This document shows, one piece after another, positions 9,172 through 17,802 of a stretch of 64,000 nt of DNA. The notes beneath the pieces are model-generated. The model did no database searches, had not been told where the DNA came from, and saw only the letters and a program-made list of their open reading frames with translations. The position numbers were made by a program, and so were the translations under genes. Position 1 is the stretch's first letter. Each line of letters starts with the position of its first letter. This stretch comes from an uncultured Candidatus Saccharibacteria bacterium (GTDB taxonomy: Bacteria; Patescibacteriota; Minisyncoccia; Minisyncoccales; PEYH01), in the NCBI GenBank assembly GCA_964616145.1, contig CAZTRD010000001.1, positions 68,024-132,023 of the forward strand. Direction: 5' to 3'.

Positions 9172-10440
9172 ATGCACAAACTATATAAGTTACAGAATGG
9201 ATTGAAGATTTTGTTAGTTCCATATACAGGCACTCAGGCAGTAGCTGTTTTTGTTTCCGCAAAAACAGGAAGTAAAAATGAAAAAAAAGAATTGAACGGT
9301 ATTTCTCATTTTCTTGAACACATGGTTTTTAAAGGAACAGAGAAAATGAAAGATCAGACAGAATTATCTGAAGCAATAGATAAATTGGGGGGAGCATTCA
9401 ATGGTTTTACCAGCGAGGAGAATACCAGCTATTACGCTAAAGTAGCTAATCAGCATCTAGAATTAGCCATTGATTGGGTTTCTCAGCTGTATTTAAAACC
9501 GATTATTCCTTCTCATGAAGTAAAAAAAGAAAAAGGCATAATAATAGAAGAGATTAATATGTATAGGGACAACCCCATGAGTTTTGTAGCCAATCTCTGG
9601 CAAGAATTGCTCTATCCTGGCCAGCCTGCTGGCTGGCCCATAGCTGGGGATAAAAAATCAGTGAATGATATTGAACATAAAGATTTGGTTAGTTATTGGA
9701 AGAATAACTATGTTGCTAATAATACTTTGATTTGTCTGGCCGGGAATTTTGATTCAAAAAAGGGATTGTCCTTGATTAAGAAATATTTTGGAAAGATAAA
9801 TACTGGAAAACCAAATATTAAGCCCAAGCTGATAGAAAAACAAAAATCCCCGGCCTTAAAGATTCATTCCAAAAAAACAGATCAAACTCATCTATTATTA
9901 GGAGTAAAAACATTTAATGTGCATGATGAGAGAAAATATCCTCTAGCCCTGTTATCAGAAACCTTAGGAGGGATGATGAGCTCAAGGTTATTCATTGAAA
10001 TCAGGGAAAAGAGAGGTTTGGCCTACTATGTAGGTACATCTACGGAAGAGAACACTGATTCCGGGTTTCTGGTAACCAGAGCTGGGGTGGAGAATAAAAA
10101 CTCATATGAGGCAGTAAAGGCGATATTAAATGAATATAAAAAAGTCAGAAAGGAAGGTATTACTTCCGAGGAATTGAAGAAAGCCAAGGACTACATCAAA
10201 GGGCAAACTGTATTAGGATTGGAATCTTCTGAGAGCTTGGCAGCTTTTTACAGCAGTCAGGAATTATCAGGAGAAAAGATTAAAACTCCCAACGAAATCT
10301 TTAAAGAGATTGATAAGATTGAAAAATCTGATATTCTTAAAGTAGCGAAAGATATTTTCCGTCCTGATAGATTGAATCTGGCAATGGTTGGCCCGATTTC
10401 CAATCAAGTTAAATTCAAACAATTATTAAAAGATTTTTAG
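9172..10440 (+). CDS. M16 family (insulinase/pitrilysin-like) zinc peptidase
   Basis: Inverted zinc motif HFLEH within GISHFLEHMVFKGT. 422 aa, typical two-domain length. Confidence 0.85.
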   Translation: MHKLYKLQNGLKILLVPYTGTQAVAVFVSAKTGSKNEKKELNGISHFLEHMVFKGTEKMKDQTELSEAIDKLGGAFNGFTSEENTSYYAKVANQHLELAIDWVSQLYLKPIIPSHEVKKEKGIIIEEINMYRDNPMSFVANLWQELLYPGQPAGWPIAGDKKSVNDIEHKDLVSYWKNNYVANNTLICLAGNFDSKKGLSLIKKYFGKINTGKPNIKPKLIEKQKSPALKIHSKKTDQTHLLLGVKTFNVHDERKYPLALLSETLGGMMSSRLFIEIREKRGLAYYVGTSTEENTDSGFLVTRAGVENKNSYEAVKAILNEYKKVRKEGITSEELKKAKDYIKGQTVLGLESSESLAAFYSSQELSGEKIKTPNEIFKEIDKIEKSDILKVAKDIFRPDRLNLAMVGPISNQVKFKQLLKDF

Positions 10441-10441
10441 A

Positions 10442-11503
10442 ATGGACAATCAACAAAAAATTCTGGATATATCATGGTCAACAATAGTTAGATTTATTAT
10501 TGCTGCCGTTATTATATATTTTCTTTTTATAATAAAGGATCTTGTTGTTTATTTTATCTTTGCAGTAATAATATCCATTCTATTCAACCCTGCAATTAAT
10601 TTTCTGGAAAAGAAAAAGCTTCCCAGAGCATTATCAACCTTTATCGTATACTTCGGGATATTCTTCTTATTGGGATTATTTGTATATCTGACTACCCCCA
10701 TGCTATTTTCAGAACTTAGGGATTTTGCCATGAAGTTCCCGGAATATTTTGAAACCGCTTCTCCGTACCTGAAAGGACTGCAGTTGAGCGCTTTGGCTAA
10801 TTTCCAGAGCTTTACCCAGGCCCTAGAAAATATGTTAGCCAAAACATCCTCAAGCTTCTTTTCAGCTTTAGGCTCTATCTTTGGAGGGATAATCACCACA
10901 ATAGCTATCTTTTCCATCTCTTTCTTTTTGTCTTTAGAAGAAAGAGCAATAGTGAAATTTTTGGCAGTGATGATTCCGGATAAATATAGACAAAAAGCCC
11001 TAGATGTATGGTCAGTTAGCCAAAGAAAGGTTTCTGTTTGGTTTGGAACCAGAGTCTTGGGAATGGTTTTTGTAGGAGTTATTACTACAATTACCTGCTA
11101 TTGCTTGGGGATAAAATACGCATTCTTTTTCGGACTGATTGCTGGATTATCTGATTTGATACCAACAATAGGTCCATTGGTTGCCGGGGCTGCCATAGCT
11201 ATGTTTGTCCTTATCCTGTCTGTGCCAAAAGCATTGCTATTCATATTAATCTTTGTTTTAGTTCAGCAGATAGAAAATCATATATTGATACCTATCTTAA
11301 GCAAGAAGTTTTTAAAGCTTTCCCCAGCCCTTGTTTTAATGGCGGTCTTAATTGGTTCAAGAGTATGGGGAATCTTGGGATCAATATTGGCCATTCCTCT
11401 CATGGCTATGCTATTTGAAGTAATCAAGGGAATTTGGACCAGGAATACATCAATAGTTCAGAATATTCCGGTTGTAGACGATACTACTCAAGCTGATGGT
11501 TAA
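10442..11503 (+). CDS. AI-2E family transporter (PerM/UPF0118-like permease)
   Basis: Multi-TM protein with the characteristic C-terminal QQIENHILIPIL motif. Confidence 0.8.
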   Translation: MDNQQKILDISWSTIVRFIIAAVIIYFLFIIKDLVVYFIFAVIISILFNPAINFLEKKKLPRALSTFIVYFGIFFLLGLFVYLTTPMLFSELRDFAMKFPEYFETASPYLKGLQLSALANFQSFTQALENMLAKTSSSFFSALGSIFGGIITTIAIFSISFFLSLEERAIVKFLAVMIPDKYRQKALDVWSVSQRKVSVWFGTRVLGMVFVGVITTITCYCLGIKYAFFFGLIAGLSDLIPTIGPLVAGAAIAMFVLILSVPKALLFILIFVLVQQIENHILIPILSKKFLKLSPALVLMAVLIGSRVWGILGSILAIPLMAMLFEVIKGIWTRNTSIVQNIPVVDDTTQADG

Positions 11504-12170
11504 ACTATATATAATTGCCACCCCAATAGGCAATTTGGAAGATATAACTTTTAGAGCTGTAAGGATATTAAAAGAGGTTGATTTGGTTTTGGCAGAGAAT
11601 GTAATGAAAGCCAGAAATCTTTTAAAGAAATATCAGATAGATACAAAGATAATCAAATACGAACAGCATTCATTATCCAGGGTTTTGGATAGATTAGTTT
11701 TTACCCTAAAAGAAGGGAAAAACATTGCTTTGATAAGCGAAGCTGGAACTCCCGGAATTTCAGATCCTGGCAATGAATTGATAGAGGCGTTGTATAAAAA
11801 ATTGGAGAACATTTCCATTATTCCTATCCCCGGACCATCCTCAGTAAGCGCAGCTGCTTCCATTGCTGGTATTTCAATGCAAAGGTTTTTGTTTCTGGGT
11901 TTTGTTCCGAAGAAAGGGCAGAAATTCTTCAATGAACTATTAGAACAAAAACTTCCTGTCATATTTTTTGAAACACCATACAGAATCGTAAAAACATTGG
12001 AAAAAATCAATGGGCTTGCGCCAAATGCATATTTGGTGGTAATGAGGGAATTAACAAAACAATTTGAAACCGTTTACAGAGGGAAAGCCAAAGAAATAAT
12101 TGAACAATTATTGAAAACATCGACAAAAGGAGAATTTGTTATAGTATTTAAAAAGGAATATGAAAGATAA
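11496..12170 (+). CDS. rsmI: 16S rRNA (cytidine1402-2'-O)-methyltransferase
   Basis: LYIIATPIGNLEDITFRAVRILKEVDLVLAE and SEAGTPGISDPG are tetrapyrrole-methylase-fold RsmI motifs. Confidence 0.88.
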   Translation: MVKLYIIATPIGNLEDITFRAVRILKEVDLVLAENVMKARNLLKKYQIDTKIIKYEQHSLSRVLDRLVFTLKEGKNIALISEAGTPGISDPGNELIEALYKKLENISIIPIPGPSSVSAAASIAGISMQRFLFLGFVPKKGQKFFNELLEQKLPVIFFETPYRIVKTLEKINGLAPNAYLVVMRELTKQFETVYRGKAKEIIEQLLKTSTKGEFVIVFKKEYER

Positions 12171-13596
12171 ATTTTACATTACAACTAGTATCGCCTATAC
12201 CAATGCGCCTCCGCACATTGGTTTTGCGCTTGAATTGGCTCAGGCAGATGTTTTGGCTAGATATTACAGATTGCTAGGCAGAGAAGTATTTTTTCTGACA
12301 GGAACAGATGAACACGGGATCAAGGTGCAAAAGGAGGCGGAAAAGAATCAAATATCTCCGGAAATTTTCAGTTCTCAAATATCTGAAAAGTTCTTATCTC
12401 TAACTAAAATCTTAAATATTTCCAATGATGATTTTATCAGAACAACTGATAAAAAAAGGCATATTCCTGTAGTAGAAAGAATCTGGCAGAAGCTGGTAGA
12501 TAACGGGGATATATATAAGAGGGAGTATGAAGGATATTATTGTGTTGGCTGCGAAGCCTTTATCACTTCTAAGGACCTGGAAGGCGGGAAATGTATAATC
12601 CATAAAACAGAACCGCAATTGGTTAAGGAAGAGAATTATTTCTTCAGATTATCTAAATATCAGAAGCAATTAGAAGATATTATTGAGAGGGAGAAAATTA
12701 AGATTTATCCAGAAGAAAGAAAAAATGAAGTTTTAAGTTTCATCAAACAAGGATTGGAAGATATCAGTTTTTCCAGATCAATAAAGAATCTTTCATGGGG
12801 TATACCTGTTCCCAATGATGAAACTCAAATTATGTATGTTTGGGCAGATGCTTTAAGCAACTATATTTCTGCTATCGGCTATTCTTCTGATGTAAAAACA
12901 TTTGGAAAGTTTTGGCCTGCAGATATTCAGTGCATTGGAAAAGATATATTAAGATTTCATGCTATACACTGGCCAGCAATGCTTTTGGCCCTAGGGCTTT
13001 CAATGCCAAAAGCAATTCTTGTCCATGGCTTTATCACTTCAGATGGGCAGAAAATGTCTAAAAGCTTGGGAAATGTAGTTGATCCTTTTGAATTGGTCAA
13101 GAACTATGGAGTTGATGCAGTCAGATACTATATCTTAAGGGAGATTCCAACTACCAAGGATGGAGATTTTTCCATTGATAAGTTTTTGAAGAGATATAAT
13201 GGAGATTTAGCTTCAGGATTAGGCAATTTTTCTGCCAGAGTCAGCATAATAGCTTTGAAAAATAATATTAAAGTTGATTTAAAGGAAAAAATATCTGATA
13301 AAGAACTAGCGGATGTTTTAAAAGAAACAAAAGAGAAATATGATTCCTTTGTCCAAGAAATAAAATTAAGCGAAGCTTTATCCTGTTTATGGGATTTGAT
13401 AGGATTTTGCGATAAATTCATTGAAAAAGAAAAGATTTGGGAAAATCCAAAAGAAAAAGAAAAAACGATAAAAAACTTAATATTGATTCTTTCTAACCTT
13501 TCAGAACTATTAAAGCCATTTTTGCCAGAAACTGCAGAAAAGATAGTAGAGCAGATAAGAGGATCCAGGAAAGAACCAATATTTCCTAGAATATGA
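12160..13596 (+). CDS. metG: Methionyl-tRNA synthetase (short form)
   Basis: Class I HIGH-type motif PPHIGF, Zn-knuckle CVGCEAF, KMSKSLGN. Confidence 0.93.
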   Translation: MKDKFYITTSIAYTNAPPHIGFALELAQADVLARYYRLLGREVFFLTGTDEHGIKVQKEAEKNQISPEIFSSQISEKFLSLTKILNISNDDFIRTTDKKRHIPVVERIWQKLVDNGDIYKREYEGYYCVGCEAFITSKDLEGGKCIIHKTEPQLVKEENYFFRLSKYQKQLEDIIEREKIKIYPEERKNEVLSFIKQGLEDISFSRSIKNLSWGIPVPNDETQIMYVWADALSNYISAIGYSSDVKTFGKFWPADIQCIGKDILRFHAIHWPAMLLALGLSMPKAILVHGFITSDGQKMSKSLGNVVDPFELVKNYGVDAVRYYILREIPTTKDGDFSIDKFLKRYNGDLASGLGNFSARVSIIALKNNIKVDLKEKISDKELADVLKETKEKYDSFVQEIKLSEALSCLWDLIGFCDKFIEKEKIWENPKEKEKTIKNLILILSNLSELLKPFLPETAEKIVEQIRGSRKEPIFPRI

Positions 13597-14411
13597 TATT
13601 TGATACTCATGCCCATGTTAATTTCAGGGTTTTTGACAATGATAGGGACGAAGTAATCAAGAAATGCCTGGATAGAGGTATTTCTATCATTAATGTTGGA
13701 AGCAATTTTAATACGTCTGAAATAGCTGTTGATCTGGCTAATCAATATCAAGAAGTATATGCTTCTGTTGGTTTGCATCCGATTCACGTAGATAAGAGCA
13801 TTTTAAGAGTGAAAGATGAAGAAGAGGGTATTAATGAAGAATCCAGTTTTGATTATAACAAATACAAAGAATTAGCTAGGGATAGAAAAGTGGTGGCAAT
13901 TGGAGAAACAGGACTTGATTACTATTACCGTCCCAAAACTAAAACCAAATTAGCAGAATTCAAGGCAAAACAAAAAGAAGTTTTGATAAAACAAGTTGAA
14001 TTAGCAGAAGAATTAAATCTTCCTATCATTTTTCATTGCCGAATGGCTCATGATGATTTGATAGAGTTCTTAAAGGATAAAAAGCTGAGAGGAGTAATAC
14101 ATTGCTTTACCGGGGATTTAAATCAAGCTAAAGAATATATACGAATGGGATACTATTTAGGATTTAATGGAATTATCTTTAAATTGAATCTAGATGAAAT
14201 TATCAAAGAAATCCCGATAGATAGAATTCTTTTAGAAACAGATTGTCCGTATCTTACTCCGTCCGGATATGCTACAGATAGAAATGATCCGATAGGGGTG
14301 GAGTATGTGGCAAAAAGGGTAGCAGAGATTAAAAAGGTAGATCTGACAGAACTTATTAACAAGACGAATGATAATGCGATAAACCTATTCGGATTGGACA
14401 AAATACTATAA
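13593..14411 (+). CDS. tatD: TatD family metal-dependent hydrolase/DNase
   Basis: MIFDTHAHVNF, GETGLDYY, HCR/HCFTG and ETDCPYL motifs. ATGA overlap with metG. Confidence 0.88.
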   Translation: MIFDTHAHVNFRVFDNDRDEVIKKCLDRGISIINVGSNFNTSEIAVDLANQYQEVYASVGLHPIHVDKSILRVKDEEEGINEESSFDYNKYKELARDRKVVAIGETGLDYYYRPKTKTKLAEFKAKQKEVLIKQVELAEELNLPIIFHCRMAHDDLIEFLKDKKLRGVIHCFTGDLNQAKEYIRMGYYLGFNGIIFKLNLDEIIKEIPIDRILLETDCPYLTPSGYATDRNDPIGVEYVAKRVAEIKKVDLTELINKTNDNAINLFGLDKIL

Positions 14412-14456
14412 TTGTGATATCATATAATTACCTGACACCATAAGGAGGTGATTCTA

Positions 14457-14561
14457 ATGAAATGGTGTCCTGAGAAAAGGAAAGCGTTCCCGATCCTTGA
14501 GAGAGTCGGGAATGCGCTCGTTCGTCAGTTCGCCCCTCTCGCTGGCCGGCCTTTGGGCTAG
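14457..14561 (+). CDS. Candidate 34-aa small ORF inside a GC-rich structured island (MKWCPEKRKAFPILERVGNALVRQFAPLAGRPLG)
   Basis: Perfect RBS AAGGAGGTGA 6 nt upstream of the ATG, presented in the loop of hairpin GACACCAT/ATGGTGTC. TATAAT at 14423-14428. The unit could instead be a non-coding RNA. Confidence 0.3.
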   Translation: MKWCPEKRKAFPILERVGNALVRQFAPLAGRPLG

Positions 14562-14592
14562 CCAGCGAGAGGGCATACAACCTAACTATTAT

Positions 14593-14618
14593 AAACAGGT
14601 CTTCCCTGTTTTTGTTTT
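14593..14618 (+). terminator. Intrinsic terminator of the 14.4-kb GC-rich unit
   Basis: AAACAGG-TCTTC-CCTGTTT followed by TTGTTTT. Confidence 0.7.
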
Positions 14619-14629
14619 GGGATATACTA

Positions 14630-14657
14630 TTGACAAGATTATTTCTATAAGTAGGAT
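14630..14657 (+). promoter_or_regulatory. Promoter of the tRNA-like pair (TTGACA-16 nt-TAGGAT)
   Basis: TATTGACAAGATT is identical to the -35 context of the ncRNA promoter at 9114. The -10 fits TAnnnT and lies 11 nt before the tRNA 5' end. Confidence 0.5.
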
Positions 14658-14668
14658 TATAGATATCA

Positions 14669-14758
14669 GCCGGGGTGGTGGAAAAGGGCAGACACGCACA
14701 AGTCTTCACGATTGTGTGAGGATGATCCCTCGTGTAGGTTCAAATCCTACCCTCGGCA
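14669..14758 (+). tRNA. Type II (Leu-like) tRNA-like gene with a 10-nt anticodon loop GUCUUCACGA and no encoded CCA
   Basis: Acceptor GCCGGGG/CCTCGGC plus A73. D arm GTG-GAAAAGGGCAGA-CAC. Anticodon stem CACAA/TTGTG (14697-14701/14712-14716). Long variable arm GAGG-ATGATC-CCTC. T arm GTAGG-TTCAAAT-CCTAC. It aligns arm for arm with tRNA-Leu(CAA) at 25554-25640 except in the loop. Confidence 0.6.
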
Positions 14759-14777
14759 ATAGTACGCTTTGCACTCC

Positions 14778-14847
14778 GGTGACGTAGCTCAATTGGTAGA
14801 GCACTGGGATAAATCCCGGGGGTGGGGTTCGATTCCTCCCGTCACCT
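14778..14847 (+). tRNA. Class I tRNA-like gene (Phe-like body) with a shortened 6-nt (or 4-nt) anticodon loop AUAAAU and no encoded CCA
   Basis: Acceptor GGTGACG/CGTCACC. D arm GCTC-AATTGGTA-GAGC. Stem CTGGG/CCCGG (14804-14808/14815-14819) encloses only ATAAAT. T arm TGGGG-TTCGATT-CCTCC. Total body is 69 nt. Confidence 0.55.
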
Positions 14848-14860
14848 TTAGTGCGGTTCA

Positions 14861-14900
14861 GCGGTCCAGGGCAATGCTTCTGGACCGCTTGCCCTTTTTG
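14861..14900 (+). terminator. Intrinsic terminator between the tRNA-like pair and leuS
   Basis: GCGGTCCA-12 nt-TGGACCGC followed by TTGCCCTTTTTG. It ends 35 nt before the leuS ATG. Confidence 0.7.
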
Positions 14901-14934
14901 TAATAGAAAGGTAATTGATATAGAATTAAATATT

Positions 14935-17370
14935 ATGGCTTCTTACGATTTCAAGACAATTGAAAAGAAGTGGCAAGAAAACTGGGATAAAAAAGGGATT
15001 TTTTTGGTTGATGAGAAATCAAAAAAACCAAAAGCATATATTCTAGATATGTTTCCATATCCTTCCGGAGCCGGATTGCATGTTGGTCATCCAAGAGGAT
15101 ATATCGGAACAGATATCATCGCCAGATTCATGAAGATGAAAGGATATAATGTTTTGCATCCCATGGGATGGGATGCATTTGGTCTTCCGGCAGAAAACTA
15201 TGCCATCAAAACAGGCATTCATCCGGAAATATCTACTAAAGAAAACATCCATAAGTTTAAAAAACAAATGGATCTGATTGGTCTTTCATATGATTGGTCC
15301 AGGGAAGTAAATACATCAAATCCGAGTTATTACAAATGGACTCAATGGATATTCCTTTTGCTTTTTAAGAAGGGTTTAGCATATCAAGCGGTTTTGCCAA
15401 TCAATTGGTGTCCGTCTTGCAAGACAGGGTTAGCTAATGAAGAAGTAGTGAATGGAAAATGCGAGAGATGCGGGACAGAAGTTACCAAAAAGAATATCAG
15501 ACAATGGGTATTGAAGATTACTGCATATAGCCAGGAGCTATTAGATGGATTAGAGGGATTAGATTGGCCGGAGAAGATTAAAGAAATGCAGAGAAATTGG
15601 ATAGGGAAATCAGAAGGAGCTGATATTAATTTTCAGGTTAAAGATTCTGATGTGAAGATCAAAGTTTTTACAACTAGGCCCGACACTATTTTTGGAGCCA
15701 CATTCCTTGTTTTGGCTCCAGAGCATCCGATATTAGATAGTATTATTAGTAAAGAAAAGCTAGAAGTTAAAAAATATCAAGAAGAGACAAAAAAGAAATT
15801 AGATATAGATAGGCAATTGGAAGATAAAGAAAAAACAGGAGTATTTATCGGTTCCTATGCTGTTAATCCTGCAACAGGAAAAGAAATACCGATATATATA
15901 GCTGACTATGTCCTTCCATATTACGGCTACGGAGCAATAATAGCAGTTCCTGCTCACGATCAAAGGGACTGGGATTTTGCTAAAAAATATGGACTGGAGA
16001 TTATACAAGTAATTCAATCCCAAGAAAACCTTGAGAGGGTATATATCGGAGAAGGAGATTTGATGAATTCCGGAAAGTTTGATGGAATAAATTCTTCTAA
16101 AGCCCAGAAAGAAATAGTTTCTTGGTTGAAGAAAAAAGGTTTTGCCGATTTTACTGTTAACTATAAATTAAGGGATTGGGTATTCTCCCGCCAGAGATAT
16201 TGGGGAGAACCAATACCTTTGGTATTTTGTCCTCATTGCAAAGAAGAAATTGAATCAGGCAAATACAAGAAAAATGAATTCAGCAAAGGAGAAATATTAA
16301 ATCCTGGCTGGATTGCTTTGGAAGAAAAAGATTTACCTTTAACATTGCCAGAGGTTGATAAATTTGAACCTACTGGGACAGGGGAATCTCCCTTAATCAA
16401 TGTGGCATATTGGATAAAAACCAAATGTCCTAAATGCGGGGGAGAGGCAAAAAGAGAAACAAATACCATGCCTCAATGGGCAGGCTCTTGTTGGTATTTT
16501 ATCCGCTATGCTGATCCTGATAATGAAAAGGAAATTATTGATAGGAAAAAAGAAAAGAAATGGTTGCCTGTTGATTTCTACATTGGAGGAGCAGAGCATG
16601 CAGTTTTGCATCTCTTGTATTCCAGATTCTGGATCAAAGTATTAAAAGAAGAAAAGATCATTTCTTTTGACGAGCCATTTCTTAAATTAAGAACCATTGG
16701 TCTGATTCTAGCTCCAGATGGACAAAAGATGTCAAAATCAAGGGGTAATGTGATAAACCCAGATGATATTATTGAAGAATATGGGGCTGATGCTTTCAGA
16801 ATCCATGAAATGTTCATGGGCCCATTTGATCAGCCAATCAACTGGGATACAAAAAGCATTCTGGGAGCTAAAAGATTTTTAGAGAAGGTATATGCTGCAT
16901 CTAAAAACATTTCTGATAAATCGTCTTTTAAAACAGGAAAGTTGTTGCATAAGACGATAAAGAAAGTAACAGAAGATATACAAGAGCAGAAATTCAATAC
17001 TGCTATTGCTGCAATGATGGAATTCATTAATAATATTGATCAGATATCTTTTGAAGATTTCAGAAAATTCCTTAAGATATTATCAGTATTTGCCCCCCAT
17101 ATATCGGAAGAATTGTATAAGCCAGAGGTTTCCATATTCAATGAATCTTGGCCAGAATACAACAAGAATCTTATCATCGATGAAAAGATAGAAATAATAG
17201 TGCAAGTGAATGGAAAATTAAGAGATACAATTTCTGTTAATCTTGACTCTAATGAAGAAGAAGTCAAGAATCTTGCTTTACAATCAGAAAAGATCCAGAA
17301 ACATCTGGAAGAAAAAGAGATTGGAAAGACAATCTTTGTTAAAAACAAATTAATTAATCTAGTAACATGA
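14935..17370 (+). CDS. leuS: Leucyl-tRNA synthetase
   Basis: MASYDFKTIEKKWQENW, the MFPYPSG..LHVGH class I HIGH-type motif, KMSKSRGN. The tracked ORF start at 14851 overlaps the tRNA and terminator, so ATG 14935 is used. Confidence 0.94.
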   Translation: MASYDFKTIEKKWQENWDKKGIFLVDEKSKKPKAYILDMFPYPSGAGLHVGHPRGYIGTDIIARFMKMKGYNVLHPMGWDAFGLPAENYAIKTGIHPEISTKENIHKFKKQMDLIGLSYDWSREVNTSNPSYYKWTQWIFLLLFKKGLAYQAVLPINWCPSCKTGLANEEVVNGKCERCGTEVTKKNIRQWVLKITAYSQELLDGLEGLDWPEKIKEMQRNWIGKSEGADINFQVKDSDVKIKVFTTRPDTIFGATFLVLAPEHPILDSIISKEKLEVKKYQEETKKKLDIDRQLEDKEKTGVFIGSYAVNPATGKEIPIYIADYVLPYYGYGAIIAVPAHDQRDWDFAKKYGLEIIQVIQSQENLERVYIGEGDLMNSGKFDGINSSKAQKEIVSWLKKKGFADFTVNYKLRDWVFSRQRYWGEPIPLVFCPHCKEEIESGKYKKNEFSKGEILNPGWIALEEKDLPLTLPEVDKFEPTGTGESPLINVAYWIKTKCPKCGGEAKRETNTMPQWAGSCWYFIRYADPDNEKEIIDRKKEKKWLPVDFYIGGAEHAVLHLLYSRFWIKVLKEEKIISFDEPFLKLRTIGLILAPDGQKMSKSRGNVINPDDIIEEYGADAFRIHEMFMGPFDQPINWDTKSILGAKRFLEKVYAASKNISDKSSFKTGKLLHKTIKKVTEDIQEQKFNTAIAAMMEFINNIDQISFEDFRKFLKILSVFAPHISEELYKPEVSIFNESWPEYNKNLIIDEKIEIIVQVNGKLRDTISVNLDSNEEEVKNLALQSEKIQKHLEEKEIGKTIFVKNKLINLVT

Positions 17371-17798
17371 AATTAGATATTGGACAGAGAGATAAACGAA
17401 AATTAGCAAAAAATATTATTTTTATAATTAATATAATACTGTTTTTGATAACAATGTCTTTTCCAGAATTAATTTTTGAACCAAAATTTGAATCTAACAA
17501 CGGCTTTGTCATTTTACCATGCTTCCTTTTTACCCTTTACGTTGCCGTAGGGATGCCCTTATTGCTGGGAGGGCATATTATAGATCTATTAAAAAAGAAG
17601 GATAAAGGATTTACATTTCTCGGAGCGATTCTATACCCCGCCTTAACATATCTGGTTTTGTCGGCATGGGGATCTTTAACCGAAGAAATGGAAGGTCTGT
17701 CAATAATTTTCCTAATGGTTATATTCATACCCCTATATTTTATCGTTGGTTTAGTTTCCGCTATTGTAGAGTCTCGGAGAAATAAAATTAAACCTTAA
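17367..17798 (+). CDS. Hypothetical integral membrane protein (143 aa)
   Basis: Four predicted TM segments. ATGA overlap with leuS. Confidence 0.6.
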   Translation: MKLDIGQRDKRKLAKNIIFIINIILFLITMSFPELIFEPKFESNNGFVILPCFLFTLYVAVGMPLLLGGHIIDLLKKKDKGFTFLGAILYPALTYLVLSAWGSLTEEMEGLSIIFLMVIFIPLYFIVGLVSAIVESRRNKIKP

Positions 17799-17802
17799 CT
17801 TC

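Noticed and set aside
13128-13787. 219-aa minus-strand ORF antisense to metG/tatD. Similar long antisense ORFs lie at 33692-34201 (ftsZ), 48168-48707 (clpB), 40281-40718 and 40855-41235.
   Set aside because: They lie opposite well-supported conserved genes and have low-complexity Ser/Ile/Phe-rich composition with no recognisable motifs. They are typical shadow ORFs of AT-rich coding DNA.
14702-14711. UGA recoding or suppression suggested by the UCA triplet in the expanded loop of tRNA-like 1
   Set aside because: TGA clearly terminates genes here, in ATGA stop/start overlaps at metG/tatD, leuS/17367, ftsA/ftsZ and nrdD/nrdG. Protein ends align with expected lengths. A genome-wide reassignment is therefore not supported.
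14428-14787. 93-aa minus-strand and 96-aa plus-strand ORFs spanning the 14.4-kb island and tRNA-like genes
   Set aside because: They run through hairpins, a terminator, a promoter and tRNA-like sequences. They are chance open frames.
14851-14934. N-terminal extension of leuS from the tracked start at 14851
   Set aside because: The extension overlaps the terminator just after the tRNA-like gene. The conserved LeuRS N-terminus begins at MASYDF (ATG 14935).
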